Source: Candidatus Hydrogenedentota bacterium
Lineage (GTDB): Bacteria > Hydrogenedentota > Hydrogenedentia > Hydrogenedentales > SLHB01
NCBI GenBank assembly: GCA_045863335.1
Contig: BTVY01000008.1
Coordinates: 1-64,000 of the forward strand
Reading direction: 5' to 3'
DNA: 64,000 bases
How positions within the stretch are numbered: position 1 is the first letter of the stretch; each line of letters begins with the position of its first letter. The position numbers and the translations under genes were made by a program. A model generated the notes under the pieces. The model saw only the letters and a program-made list of their open reading frames with translations. It was not told where the DNA came from and made no database searches. This document shows positions 38,006 through 46,641 of the stretch, in pieces.

Positions 38006-39544
38006 TCACCGCACACGCAGTATCCGCTTCCCTTCCCAAGTCTGCCCGAACATGTCCGTCGTCCGCACGGTCACCGTGTGCGTCCCCACGGGCGGATTCG
38101 CCGGTAACGTGCCCTTCCACATGTGATTCGTTTCGCTGGGGTAGTCCATCTTCCATCCGAAGACTTCCTCGTTCAGGAACTCGTTTTGCTCGTGCATGCG
38201 CAGGCATTCGGGATCGATGGCGCGGGTTTGCTCCAGCGCATTCCAGTCGCCGTCCTTGCCGAACTGCATCTCCACCGTGGACCGCTCGGACCCCGCGAAC
38301 ACGTTGACGAGGATCTCCGTCTCCGCGGCATTCGCCTGTTCCACGTCGTCGGGCAGGTAGATGTTCATCTGGTAATCGGCCGGACGCCGCGCGGCCTTGA
38401 ACACGACGCGGTACTGATTCCCATCGAAGTGGACGTATGAATACCCGTTCGGCGCGCCGTCGTTCATGGTGGCGTGGGGGATACCCACCTCGTCAAAGGT
38501 CCCGCACCACCAGGAGCCACACACGGTCGCGTGGACGAGATGATGGTGCGGCTCCGGACCCGGCCAGCCCATGTCTTCGCCGAGCAGGAAATTGAACTGC
38601 TCGTGCGCGTGCGCGGAGATGGTGAATGTATGCGGGTGCTCCGCGAGAATCGCGAACATCTCGTCGCGCCCATGGCAGCGCACGATGGGGATGTGCATCG
38701 TCATGACGATGAGCTTGTCCTTGGGAACGGTGGCGAGATAACTTTTCACGAAGGCCAGTTGGTCCTCCGTAAACCGCCCCTCGTACTTGCCGTCCGGTTT
38801 GAAGTACACATCGTCCATGACGAGGTAGCAGACCTTCCCGTATTCGAAGGCGTAGCTGCCGGGACCGTAGAATCGTTCGAAGGTCTCGTCGGAATGGTCG
38901 TCGCCGCCGGACCCGCGGTTGTTGTCGTGGTTCCCGAAGGTGTTGTACCAGGGCACGCCGATCTGCGCGATGCTCCCGTTGATCTCGGCGAAGAGGTTCA
39001 CGTCGTCCGCGACGATATCGCCGAGCGAGATCCCGAATTTCGCATCGGTCCCGATGCATTCCTCCACCACGTCGTGGGTGATGAAGTTCACCTCGCGCAA
39101 TCCCCGCGCCTGAGGATCGCCAAAAAGCAGGATCGAATACTGGTCCGGCTCGTCCCGCTTGTACAGCGGAAAATCAATGGAGGAGGGGAGAAGGCCCGTC
39201 GGCGCAACGCCTTTCGCCTCCAGTTCCGGCGATCCGGCCGGTTTGTGGATGTAGAAGAACTGGGGGATCTGGTCCTCGTTGACCGGCGTCATCCAGTCCT
39301 CCGGCTTCACCACGAACAGGATCGTGTCGTCGTCGACCGGCAGGGTCCAACGCCCCTCGGCGTCCGTCTGAACCACGTCCCGCCCGTTCGACACGCATAC
39401 CCCTGGAATGCCTGTTTCTCCCGCATCGCGCACGGCGTTCCGGTTCGCATCGTCGTACACCACACCCGTCGCACTGTCCTGCGCAGTTGCCGCGAGCGCG
39501 AAACCAACGGCAAGCAATGTCCCCCATATCGCGAGAATCCGCAT
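38006..39544 (-). CDS. Secreted calcineurin-like metallophosphoesterase (MetallophosN/C)
   Basis: GDPQ, LGDIV, GNHD, HIP, AHAH, CGSWW. Confidence 0.92.
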   Translation of the reverse strand: MRILAIWGTLLAVGFALAATAQDSATGVVYDDANRNAVRDAGETGIPGVCVSNGRDVVQTDAEGRWTLPVDDDTILFVVKPEDWMTPVNEDQIPQFFYIHKPAGSPELEAKGVAPTGLLPSSIDFPLYKRDEPDQYSILLFGDPQARGLREVNFITHDVVEECIGTDAKFGISLGDIVADDVNLFAEINGSIAQIGVPWYNTFGNHDNNRGSGGDDHSDETFERFYGPGSYAFEYGKVCYLVMDDVYFKPDGKYEGRFTEDQLAFVKSYLATVPKDKLIVMTMHIPIVRCHGRDEMFAILAEHPHTFTISAHAHEQFNFLLGEDMGWPGPEPHHHLVHATVCGSWWCGTFDEVGIPHATMNDGAPNGYSYVHFDGNQYRVVFKAARRPADYQMNIYLPDDVEQANAAETEILVNVFAGSERSTVEMQFGKDGDWNALEQTRAIDPECLRMHEQNEFLNEEVFGWKMDYPSETNHMWKGTLPANPPVGTHTVTVRTTDMFGQTWEGKRILRVR

Positions 39545-39764
39545 AGCAAACCTCCCTGGATCGGTTGGTCATCTGTCAAGATTTTCAGTCAGTTTAACTC
39601 ATAGCGTCGTAAGCGCTTCTGCGCCCAGCTCCGGACTTGGCGATTGTATCAAGCCCGGCAATTGTGCTCTACTTAGTACGGTACCGTGCGTTTCAAGGCT
39701 GAAGATGGTGACGGATGGCTCTCTGGGACAAGGGGCCTTTCCGTCGATGGCAGGGAGAGGGTCA

Positions 39765-41135
39765 ATGCCCACACAGCGCAAGAAACGGGTCGGAGCCATG
39801 CTGGTTGACGAGGGTCTCATCCGTGAGGATCACCTGATCCAGGCCCTCAATCGGCAGAAGAAGGAAGGCGGCAAGTTCATCCAGAACCTCATCGCCCTGG
39901 AATGCGTCAAAGCCGAGGACGTCACCGATTTCCTGGCGCGCCGGCACCACCATCCGCACATCGAGATCGGACAGTTCGGCGTCCCGGAGGAAGTGCTCTC
40001 ACTCGTTCCTCGCGATTTCGCCATCCGCCACGAGGTCTTTCCCCTCGACCATGCGGGGTCCACGCTCACGCTCGGCATGGTCTGTCCGCTGGATACGGCG
40101 ACCATCGACGAATTGGAGGCACACTCCGGCCTGCACGTCATGCCGGTCCTGTGTTCGGGCGCGGATCTCAAGGCGAGCATCGAACGCTGCTACGGCACGG
40201 AACCAGCGAACGGGCAGGAATTGGCGACGCTGGAACCGGAGGCCATCGGAAGCACCTTGCGTCTCGGCGGCATTCCTACCGTCATCAAACAACTGAGCGC
40301 CTTACCCGCGCTGCCCGTCACGGTCCGGAAAGTCCGCGAGGCCATCGACGACCCGGAAGTCTCCACGCACGACGTCGGCACGATCATCGCCACCGACCCT
40401 ACTCTGGCCGCCAAAGTGCTCAGCATCGCCAATTCGCCGGCCTTTGGTTTCCCCAACCAGGTGACCTCCATCCACCTCGCGGTATCGCTGCTTGGTATGG
40501 AGGAAACGTATTCGGTGGTGCTGTCCGCTTCTGTGGTCGACCTTATGACGGGTTCAAAGGCCTTTGACTATCGGACCTTCTGGGTTCGGTCCATGCTCTG
40601 CGGCACCTTGTGCAAGATTGTGGCGCAACGGGCAGGTTTCGGGACGAAGCCCGGGATCTTCACGGCAGGACTCCTTCTCGACATCGGCCGCCTCGCCTTA
40701 ACAGAAGTTGCCCCGCAACGCTACGCCACCATCGACCGCAGTCTGCGCGGATCGGATCTCGTCGAAGCCGAAGAACAAGTCCTCGGCATCGGCCATCCCG
40801 AAGCGGGGTATCTCCTCGCCTCCGCATGGGACCTGCCCGACGAACTGGGGGAGACTATCCGCCTCCACCACATGCCCGAATACGCAACGCTGAACCGTGA
40901 GGCCGCTGCCATCGCCGCCATCGGAAACACGATGGCCTACCTCGCGCCCGAAGAGTACGAGGACCCCAGCGCCCTTTCTGTACCCTGCGCACGTTACCTG
41001 ACCGATCTGCAGATCGCCGATGAGGCCATCATCGAGATGTTCGACGAGATGAAGCGCATCCTCAAGAGCGAGTTCCTCCTCCAACGCCGCTGGGACGGTG
41101 ACGCGCGTCAAACCGCGGGCAAGGATGCTTCCTAG
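39765..41135 (+). CDS. MshEN/T2SSE_N-HDOD fusion protein
   Basis: RVGAMLVDEGLI...LIQALNRQ; LPALP...DPTLAAKVLSIANSPAFG...WDLP...HH. Confidence 0.88.
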   Translation: MPTQRKKRVGAMLVDEGLIREDHLIQALNRQKKEGGKFIQNLIALECVKAEDVTDFLARRHHHPHIEIGQFGVPEEVLSLVPRDFAIRHEVFPLDHAGSTLTLGMVCPLDTATIDELEAHSGLHVMPVLCSGADLKASIERCYGTEPANGQELATLEPEAIGSTLRLGGIPTVIKQLSALPALPVTVRKVREAIDDPEVSTHDVGTIIATDPTLAAKVLSIANSPAFGFPNQVTSIHLAVSLLGMEETYSVVLSASVVDLMTGSKAFDYRTFWVRSMLCGTLCKIVAQRAGFGTKPGIFTAGLLLDIGRLALTEVAPQRYATIDRSLRGSDLVEAEEQVLGIGHPEAGYLLASAWDLPDELGETIRLHHMPEYATLNREAAAIAAIGNTMAYLAPEEYEDPSALSVPCARYLTDLQIADEAIIEMFDEMKRILKSEFLLQRRWDGDARQTAGKDAS

Positions 41136-41223
41136 ACGACGCCGAAAGGCCGCCGGACCGTCCCCAACCGCCTCGCGAGTGAAATCGGGTATTGACAACC
41201 ACCGTTGACTGTGCTTCAATATG

Positions 41224-41241
41224 ACTGAATTTAGTTTCAGT
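41224..41241. promoter_or_regulatory. Palindromic operator, candidate SOS box
   Basis: ACTGAA-TTTAGT-TTCAGT upstream of the dinB-family gene; related site at recA. Confidence 0.6.
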
Positions 41242-41286
41242 ATTTTGTGGCACTCCAATTCCCCAAACAAGAAAACGAGGTGCGTT

Positions 41287-41781
41287 ATGGCGATTATTGA
41301 CGGCATGATTCAGGAGTTCGAACACGAAGCAGCCGGTACCCGCAAGGTGCTGGAACGGGTCCCGGAGGATAAGCTCGGGTGGAAACCTCACGATAAATCC
41401 ATGTCGCTTGGGGACTTAGCCTGTCATATTTCCGACACGGCCAGTTGGGTGCCCACCACCATGAAAGAGGACGAATTTGCGTTCAGTATGGACGGCTACG
41501 AGCCATACAAGGCGGCGTCCACGAAACAACTCGTAGAGGATTTCGACAAGCGGGTCAAGGAAGCCGTCGACGCGATGAAAGGCACTCCTGACGCGGACTT
41601 GATGAAGACCTGGAAAATGACCATGGACGGACAAACCATCATCGACATGCCGCGGGGCGCCGTGCTCCGGAACTTTATTCTGAACCACGCCGTCCACCAC
41701 CGCGCCCAACTCGGCGTCTACCTCCGCCTGCTGGATGTTCCCCTGCCGCAAGTCTACGGCCCCACCGCCGACGAACAGTAA
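41287..41781 (+). CDS. DinB family protein
   Basis: WKPHDKSMSLGDLACHI, NHAVHHRAQLGVYLRLL, YGPTADE. Confidence 0.92.
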   Translation: MAIIDGMIQEFEHEAAGTRKVLERVPEDKLGWKPHDKSMSLGDLACHISDTASWVPTTMKEDEFAFSMDGYEPYKAASTKQLVEDFDKRVKEAVDAMKGTPDADLMKTWKMTMDGQTIIDMPRGAVLRNFILNHAVHHRAQLGVYLRLLDVPLPQVYGPTADEQ

Positions 41782-41806
41782 GAGAGAGAGCATTCCTCCT
41801 GCCCAA

Positions 41807-41846
41807 CAGCCGTGGAGAGGTCGCCAAACGCCCCTCTCCACGGCTG
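41807..41846 (+). terminator. Stem-loop downstream of the dinB-family gene
   Basis: CAGCCGTGGAGAGG...CCTCTCCACGGCTG, 14-bp stem. Confidence 0.6.
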
Positions 41847-41856
41847 CCCTCATTTT

Positions 41857-41940
41857 GGTATCGCTATCGGGATCGGTATCGCTATCGCTATCGAGTTCGG
41901 AAGGACCTTCGATTCCGATATCGATCCCGATTTCGACAAC
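41857..41940. repeat. Inverted arrays of degenerate hexamers (GNNATC)n...(GATNNC)n
   Basis: About 7 units and 5 complementary units around GAAGGACCTTC. Confidence 0.75.
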
Positions 41941-42010
41941 GCCAAGTCGCCGCAACTGGTGCAACATGATTCGTGGGTCGAGTTCTTGGCAATGCCGTTT
42001 TGAGGTTAAT

Positions 42011-43081
42011 CTACTTTCCGTGGTAGTAGTCGATACTTACCCGACGATTCAGTTTGCGGTTTGCTTCACTATCGTTGGGCACCGCCGGTTGGGTGTCTCC
42101 ATAAGCTTTCGTGGTGATGCGGCTGCCGTCGATACCGTGCTCGATCAGATACGACTTCGCCGCGTCCGCGCGTTGCTGGCTTAGCGCCATATTGAATTCA
42201 GGCGATCCGAGGTCACAGGTGTGACCATTCACAACAACGTAACCAGTGGGATCCTTCTTCAGCATGTCTACGTATCGATCCAGTTCTACCTTACCTTCCG
42301 GCGTGATTACGGCTTTGTCCTTGTAGAACAGGAACTGCGGAAACCAGTCCCAATGACGCACTACTCCAGCGTGTCGTTTCGCCTCTACGGATTTAAAAAA
42401 AATCTCCCGCACCATCGCCGCCATGCCCTCAGGCGAACTCACCTCAGCCGCCTGCCAGGCTTGGCCGCAACTCGTCGACGTCGCCATCTTCTTGAGCAGC
42501 CGTCGGCCGGATTTGCTGTACCCGACGTTCACGGTATAGATGCAGAGCGGCCCGATGTGGGGGTAGGCTGCCGCTTCACAGGCCTCGATCACCCGGTCGT
42601 GAGGATGGGTGCGTCCGTCGGAAAACACGATCAACGCGGCGTTGCCGTCGTGGGTTTCAAACTCGCTCCGGGTCGCCAGCACCGCTTCGTTCAGAGGCGT
42701 CAGACCACCGAGGTAAGTCAGGTTCGCCGCGCAGTCGCCGAGAACACCCAAGTTCCCCTCACCCAGTGACACCTGCGTCCAGTCCGCTTGAGAATATCCG
42801 GCGAACGAATAGAACCCCATCTGGTAATCCATATCCGGCATCGCCGCGACGAAGGCCTCCAACAACGCCTTCTCCTGTTGGAAGATCTCATTCTCGTCCG
42901 TCGACCCCGTCACATCGGCCAGGATCAGCACGTGGTCGACCTTCAGCACTTCGTCGGGCTTGGGCACAACGCGGGTCATCTCGAACGGTTGCACCTGCGT
43001 CGTCACCGTCTGGCACCCGGCCAGAACAAGCGCGGTCACAGCACTGCAGGTTGCACACACAACGCGTTGAACGGAGTTCAT
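42011..43081 (-). CDS. vWA plus OmpA-C lipoprotein (paralog 1)
   Basis: LAGC, DVTGS, FSDG, GHTC...LSQQRA...NRRV. Confidence 0.9.
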   Translation of the reverse strand: MNSVQRVVCATCSAVTALVLAGCQTVTTQVQPFEMTRVVPKPDEVLKVDHVLILADVTGSTDENEIFQQEKALLEAFVAAMPDMDYQMGFYSFAGYSQADWTQVSLGEGNLGVLGDCAANLTYLGGLTPLNEAVLATRSEFETHDGNAALIVFSDGRTHPHDRVIEACEAAAYPHIGPLCIYTVNVGYSKSGRRLLKKMATSTSCGQAWQAAEVSSPEGMAAMVREIFFKSVEAKRHAGVVRHWDWFPQFLFYKDKAVITPEGKVELDRYVDMLKKDPTGYVVVNGHTCDLGSPEFNMALSQQRADAAKSYLIEHGIDGSRITTKAYGDTQPAVPNDSEANRKLNRRVSIDYYHGK

Positions 43082-43317
43082 TTCGCAACCTCCAAAAGTT
43101 GTTTCGACCCTGTTCCCACTGCCACAAAACCGGTGCAAACATCCTCGCATAGTCACACAGCGCGCGACAGCCTCCGGCTCTCCCCGGCCAGAGAAGCGCG
43201 AATGCATAATCGCGGCCGTGGGGATTCCCTTTGACTCTCCCCACGGCCGAGGAATTGTTGAAGTTCACGTGTGGTCACACGCAACCTGTATTGATATGCC
43301 CGTCCAACGTTCTTCGA

Positions 43318-44370
43318 TCAATCGACGAACTTATACCGTATTACCGCGCGGCGGTTCAGTTTCCGGTTGGGTTCCCCGGAGTTTGGAACCGCCGGACGGG
43401 ATTCACCGTAGGCTTCTGTCGTGATGAGACCGCCATCGACACCCTGCTCAATCATGTACGACCGCACGGCATCGGCACGACGCTGGCTCAAATCCATGTT
43501 ATACGCTGCGGCTCCAAGATCGCAGGTGTGCCCTTCGATAACGACATAATCGAGGTTTTGTTTTCGGAACTCCGCAACGGCCCGATCCACCGCGGCTTTG
43601 CCTTCCGGTTTCAGCACGGCCTTGTCCAGGTCGAACAACACCTCGCTCGGCAGCACCATGGTGCGCTCTTCAGGCTCCGGACCGGGGGCGAAGAATATCT
43701 CCCGCACCATCGCCTCCATACCTTCGGGCGTGCTCACTTCGGAAGCCTGCCAGGCATGGCCGCAACCCGTCACTGTTGCCATCTTCTCGAGCAGCGCCTT
43801 ACCGGACTTGCTGTAGCCCACATTCACCGTGTAAATGCACAGCTCGCCCATGTGCCCGTACGCCACTTCCTCGCACGCCTTCAACACGCGCTCGTGCGGA
43901 TGCGTCCGGCCGTCGGAGAACACCAGCAACGCGGCGTGCCCGTCCCGTCCTTCAAACTCGCTCCCCGTAACACGAACGCCCTCATGCAACGGGGTCGTTC
44001 CGCCGAGGTATCGCAGGCCGGCTGCCGCCCCGCCCAGGTCCTCCAGGGTGCCCGTCTGCAGCGGCACATACATCCAGTCCTCCTGGGAGCCGCCCGCGAA
44101 AGACCGGAAGCCCATCTGGTAGTTCAGGTCCGGCATCGCCGCGACAAAGGCTTTAAGCAGACTCTTCTCCTGGCGAAATACATTGCGTTCACTGGTCGAC
44201 CCGGTGACATCCGCCAGGATCATGATGTGGTCAACCTTAAGGACCTCGCCTGGATGCGGCGCTACCCTCGACATCTCAAAGGTTCGGACACGGACGGTCT
44301 GGCAACCGGACATAACCATTGCGGCCAGCGCGCAACCTACGGTACAAAATGCGAGACGTGAGTAGATCAT
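43318..44370 (-). CDS. vWA plus OmpA-C lipoprotein (paralog 2)
   Basis: MSGC, DVTGS, FSDG, GHTC...LSQRRA...NRRA. Confidence 0.9.
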   Translation of the reverse strand: MIYSRLAFCTVGCALAAMVMSGCQTVRVRTFEMSRVAPHPGEVLKVDHIMILADVTGSTSERNVFRQEKSLLKAFVAAMPDLNYQMGFRSFAGGSQEDWMYVPLQTGTLEDLGGAAAGLRYLGGTTPLHEGVRVTGSEFEGRDGHAALLVFSDGRTHPHERVLKACEEVAYGHMGELCIYTVNVGYSKSGKALLEKMATVTGCGHAWQASEVSTPEGMEAMVREIFFAPGPEPEERTMVLPSEVLFDLDKAVLKPEGKAAVDRAVAEFRKQNLDYVVIEGHTCDLGAAAYNMDLSQRRADAVRSYMIEQGVDGGLITTEAYGESRPAVPNSGEPNRKLNRRAVIRYKFVD

Positions 44371-44643
44371 GGCTCCACCTCCAGCAGTTTTTCTGAGGCC
44401 CCTGTCCCTGCTTGCCTTCGACTTGTGGGTGTTTCCTACTCCATGATAACACATAAAACGGGATTTCTGACGAGCCGAGGAGTGGGCCAGATGGGCAATG
44501 CTGCCCCGGTACACCAATCGGACTCGGCACACCGCTCATCCCCAGGCACCGTGACGGACGAAGGAAGAGTCACCTGGGTTGTCCTCTGTAGGGTATTCCG
44601 CTATTCTCGGTTTCGCAGGTTGTCAACGAAGGAATCATCCGCA

Positions 44644-45291
44644 ATGGACATCGTCGCACTGCTGGGCGCCGTCATGGGTTTGGGATTCATCTCGGGCATC
44701 AATCTTTACGCCACCATACTGGCGATCGGCCTCGCCCTGCGGTTCAACCTGTTCACGCCGCCGGAGTATTTGCAGGAGTTGACGGTCCTCGGCCACCCCT
44801 ACGTCCTCATTCCGGCGGGCATCGCATTCGTCGCGGAATTCTTCGCGGACAAGATCCCCTGGGTCGACAGCATGTGGGACTCGTTCCACACCTTCATTCG
44901 GCCCATCGGCGCCGTCGTCATCCTCGCAGCGGGCGTGACGGACCTGCCGCCCGCCGTGGAAGTCGGACTCGTCATCCTCTGCGGAAGCGTGGCCCTCCTC
45001 AGCCACTCCACCAAAGCAGGTACCCGCGTCGTCGCGAACCACAGCCCCGAACCCTTCACCAACACCCTGCTCAGCCTCGCCGAAGACGCCATCACCTTCA
45101 TCGGCGCGTGGCTGCTGTTTTCGCACCCGATACTGCTGTTCTGCATCGTGTTGGTTTTCGTGCTCGCGGCCCTCTGGATACTTCCGAAACTCTACCGGCT
45201 CATCCGCCGCCAGATCGGCCGCGTCCGCGACGTCTTCCGCAACGCCTCCCGCCGGATCCGCGGGCAAGACCCAATCGGCGAGCAGCCGTGA
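44644..45291 (+). CDS. DUF4126 family membrane protein
   Basis: SGINLY, EFFADKIPWVDSMWD, IRPIG, SLAED. Confidence 0.9.
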   Translation: MDIVALLGAVMGLGFISGINLYATILAIGLALRFNLFTPPEYLQELTVLGHPYVLIPAGIAFVAEFFADKIPWVDSMWDSFHTFIRPIGAVVILAAGVTDLPPAVEVGLVILCGSVALLSHSTKAGTRVVANHSPEPFTNTLLSLAEDAITFIGAWLLFSHPILLFCIVLVFVLAALWILPKLYRLIRRQIGRVRDVFRNASRRIRGQDPIGEQP

Positions 45292-45376
45292 ATGCTTATC
45301 GTGGCGGAGCATGACCCCCAAGAAAACTGTGCAGGCGGATAACCAGTCGGTGTAGCGATGATGGTGGATGTGCCAG

Positions 45377-45781
45377 CTATTCGGATGGAGACGTAATCGC
45401 TGGCACGGGAAGGGGACCGGCATCCCAGAAGCCGTTGGTTGACCACCCCGGCTCGTCTCCGCCGAAATCGTACGTCACGTAAGGGCGCTCAGGTCCCCAG
45501 CCGGGACCGGTTCGAATTATGAAGTAGCCGTCCGATCCGTCGCCAGGATTGTAGTAGTCGACGATGGGCTTTTTCGGGAGAAAGTCCGGCACCAAATCTT
45601 CGAGTTTCGCGGGAAGCGCCCCGTGTTGGGACATGTAGTCAAACAAGGCCTGCGCGATGTACTGATGTTCTTCCGCCGCGCGAATATGCTTTTGGTGCCC
45701 ATGCCGGTAGTAAAGGGGCACAAACACGACCGGCAACAAGACCGTCACCACCACTAGCTCGACGACGCGTGCTCTTTTCAC
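45377..45781 (-). CDS. Small pseudopilin-like protein
   Basis: VVELVVVTVLL TM helix, then YMSQHGALPAKLEDLVPDFL; GTGA overlap with vapC. Confidence 0.55.
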   Translation of the reverse strand: MKRARVVELVVVTVLLPVVFVPLYYRHGHQKHIRAAEEHQYIAQALFDYMSQHGALPAKLEDLVPDFLPKKPIVDYYNPGDGSDGYFIIRTGPGWGPERPYVTYDFGGDEPGWSTNGFWDAGPLPVPAITSPSE

Positions 45782-46206
45782 GAAGACGCGTCTTCCGCAT
45801 CGGCCATAGGGTCAACAATTGCGACATCCCCGAAGTAGTCACGCCGAAACCGGCGGTCGCGCGTGAGCAACCGATCGCACTGTACCTTCGCGTGTGCCGC
45901 GATGAGGAAGTCCGCAATCACGCGCTTACGATCCCCACCGCGAGCGCGATACTGGCCCCACAGTTCACCCGCCAGTGTAGCCGCATTGCGGTCCACGGGA
46001 AGAAAGTCGATCCTCATTGAAACCATTTGATCGTACAATGCCTGTCGAGTAGAAAAGAGGGCTGTTAATTCCGCCCACACCACATCGCACACGACCAAAC
46101 GGCCATGCTTGGAACTACGTCTGATCGCTTGGGCGGACTGCAGCCCGTAGCGTTCATCGGCTCGGAAGATGTCGATCAGTACGCTCGTATCCACTGCGGT
46201 AATCAT
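45778..46206 (-). CDS. vapC: VapC PIN-domain toxin
   Basis: VDTSVL, WAEL, ADFLIAAHA, LLTRD. Confidence 0.93.
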   Translation of the reverse strand: MITAVDTSVLIDIFRADERYGLQSAQAIRRSSKHGRLVVCDVVWAELTALFSTRQALYDQMVSMRIDFLPVDRNAATLAGELWGQYRARGGDRKRVIADFLIAAHAKVQCDRLLTRDRRFRRDYFGDVAIVDPMADAEDASS

Positions 46207-46424
46207 ACGTCGCCGCGAAGGTCCGCCAAGATCTCATCAGTGGATTTGTCGAGCTTAAGGCAACCCCAAGCTTTGGAAACCGGGTCTTCCGGCGAAATCT
46301 TCTCCGCGCTAATAACGCCATTCTCTTCCCGAATCTCCAGTACCATTCCGGCAGTAAGCCCTAACCGATCTCGAATTGCCTTAGGTATGGTAATTTGCCC
46401 ACGCTCGCCTACGGTCGTCTTCAT
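46203..46424 (-). CDS. AbrB/MazE/SpoVT family antitoxin
   Basis: GERGQITIPKAIRDRLGL; ATGA overlap with vapC. Confidence 0.92.
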   Translation of the reverse strand: MKTTVGERGQITIPKAIRDRLGLTAGMVLEIREENGVISAEKISPEDPVSKAWGCLKLDKSTDEILADLRGDV

Positions 46425-46439
46425 ACTGTTCACCTCAAG

Positions 46440-46470
46440 GAATATGTATTCTCGCCATGTATTCATATTC
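46440..46470. promoter_or_regulatory. Probable TA autoregulatory operator
   Basis: Inverted repeat GAATATG...CATATTC and two ATGTATTC copies just upstream of the antitoxin. Confidence 0.5.
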
Positions 46471-46641
46471 TAACGCACATACCAGGCTCCGCACAAGACG
46501 GATTTTGGCAGCGAAACTCTTGAGTCCCCCTCCGCAAGTTTGCGGAACGCGCCGCTTTCCGGTATTCTTCTGCCTCCCCAGCGTTTCCTGAACTACTTTA
46601 AAGCCCCGCACTTAGCGGGGTGCGATGCCCAGAACGGAGCG

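Noticed and set aside
41857-41940. Possible CRISPR array or coding repeat (GIAIGIGIAI)
   Set aside because: Units are 6 bp with no spacers, there are no cas genes, and the overlapping ORFs are not credible
43231-44361. 376-aa plus-strand ORF
   Set aside because: Antisense shadow of the vWA-OmpA gene
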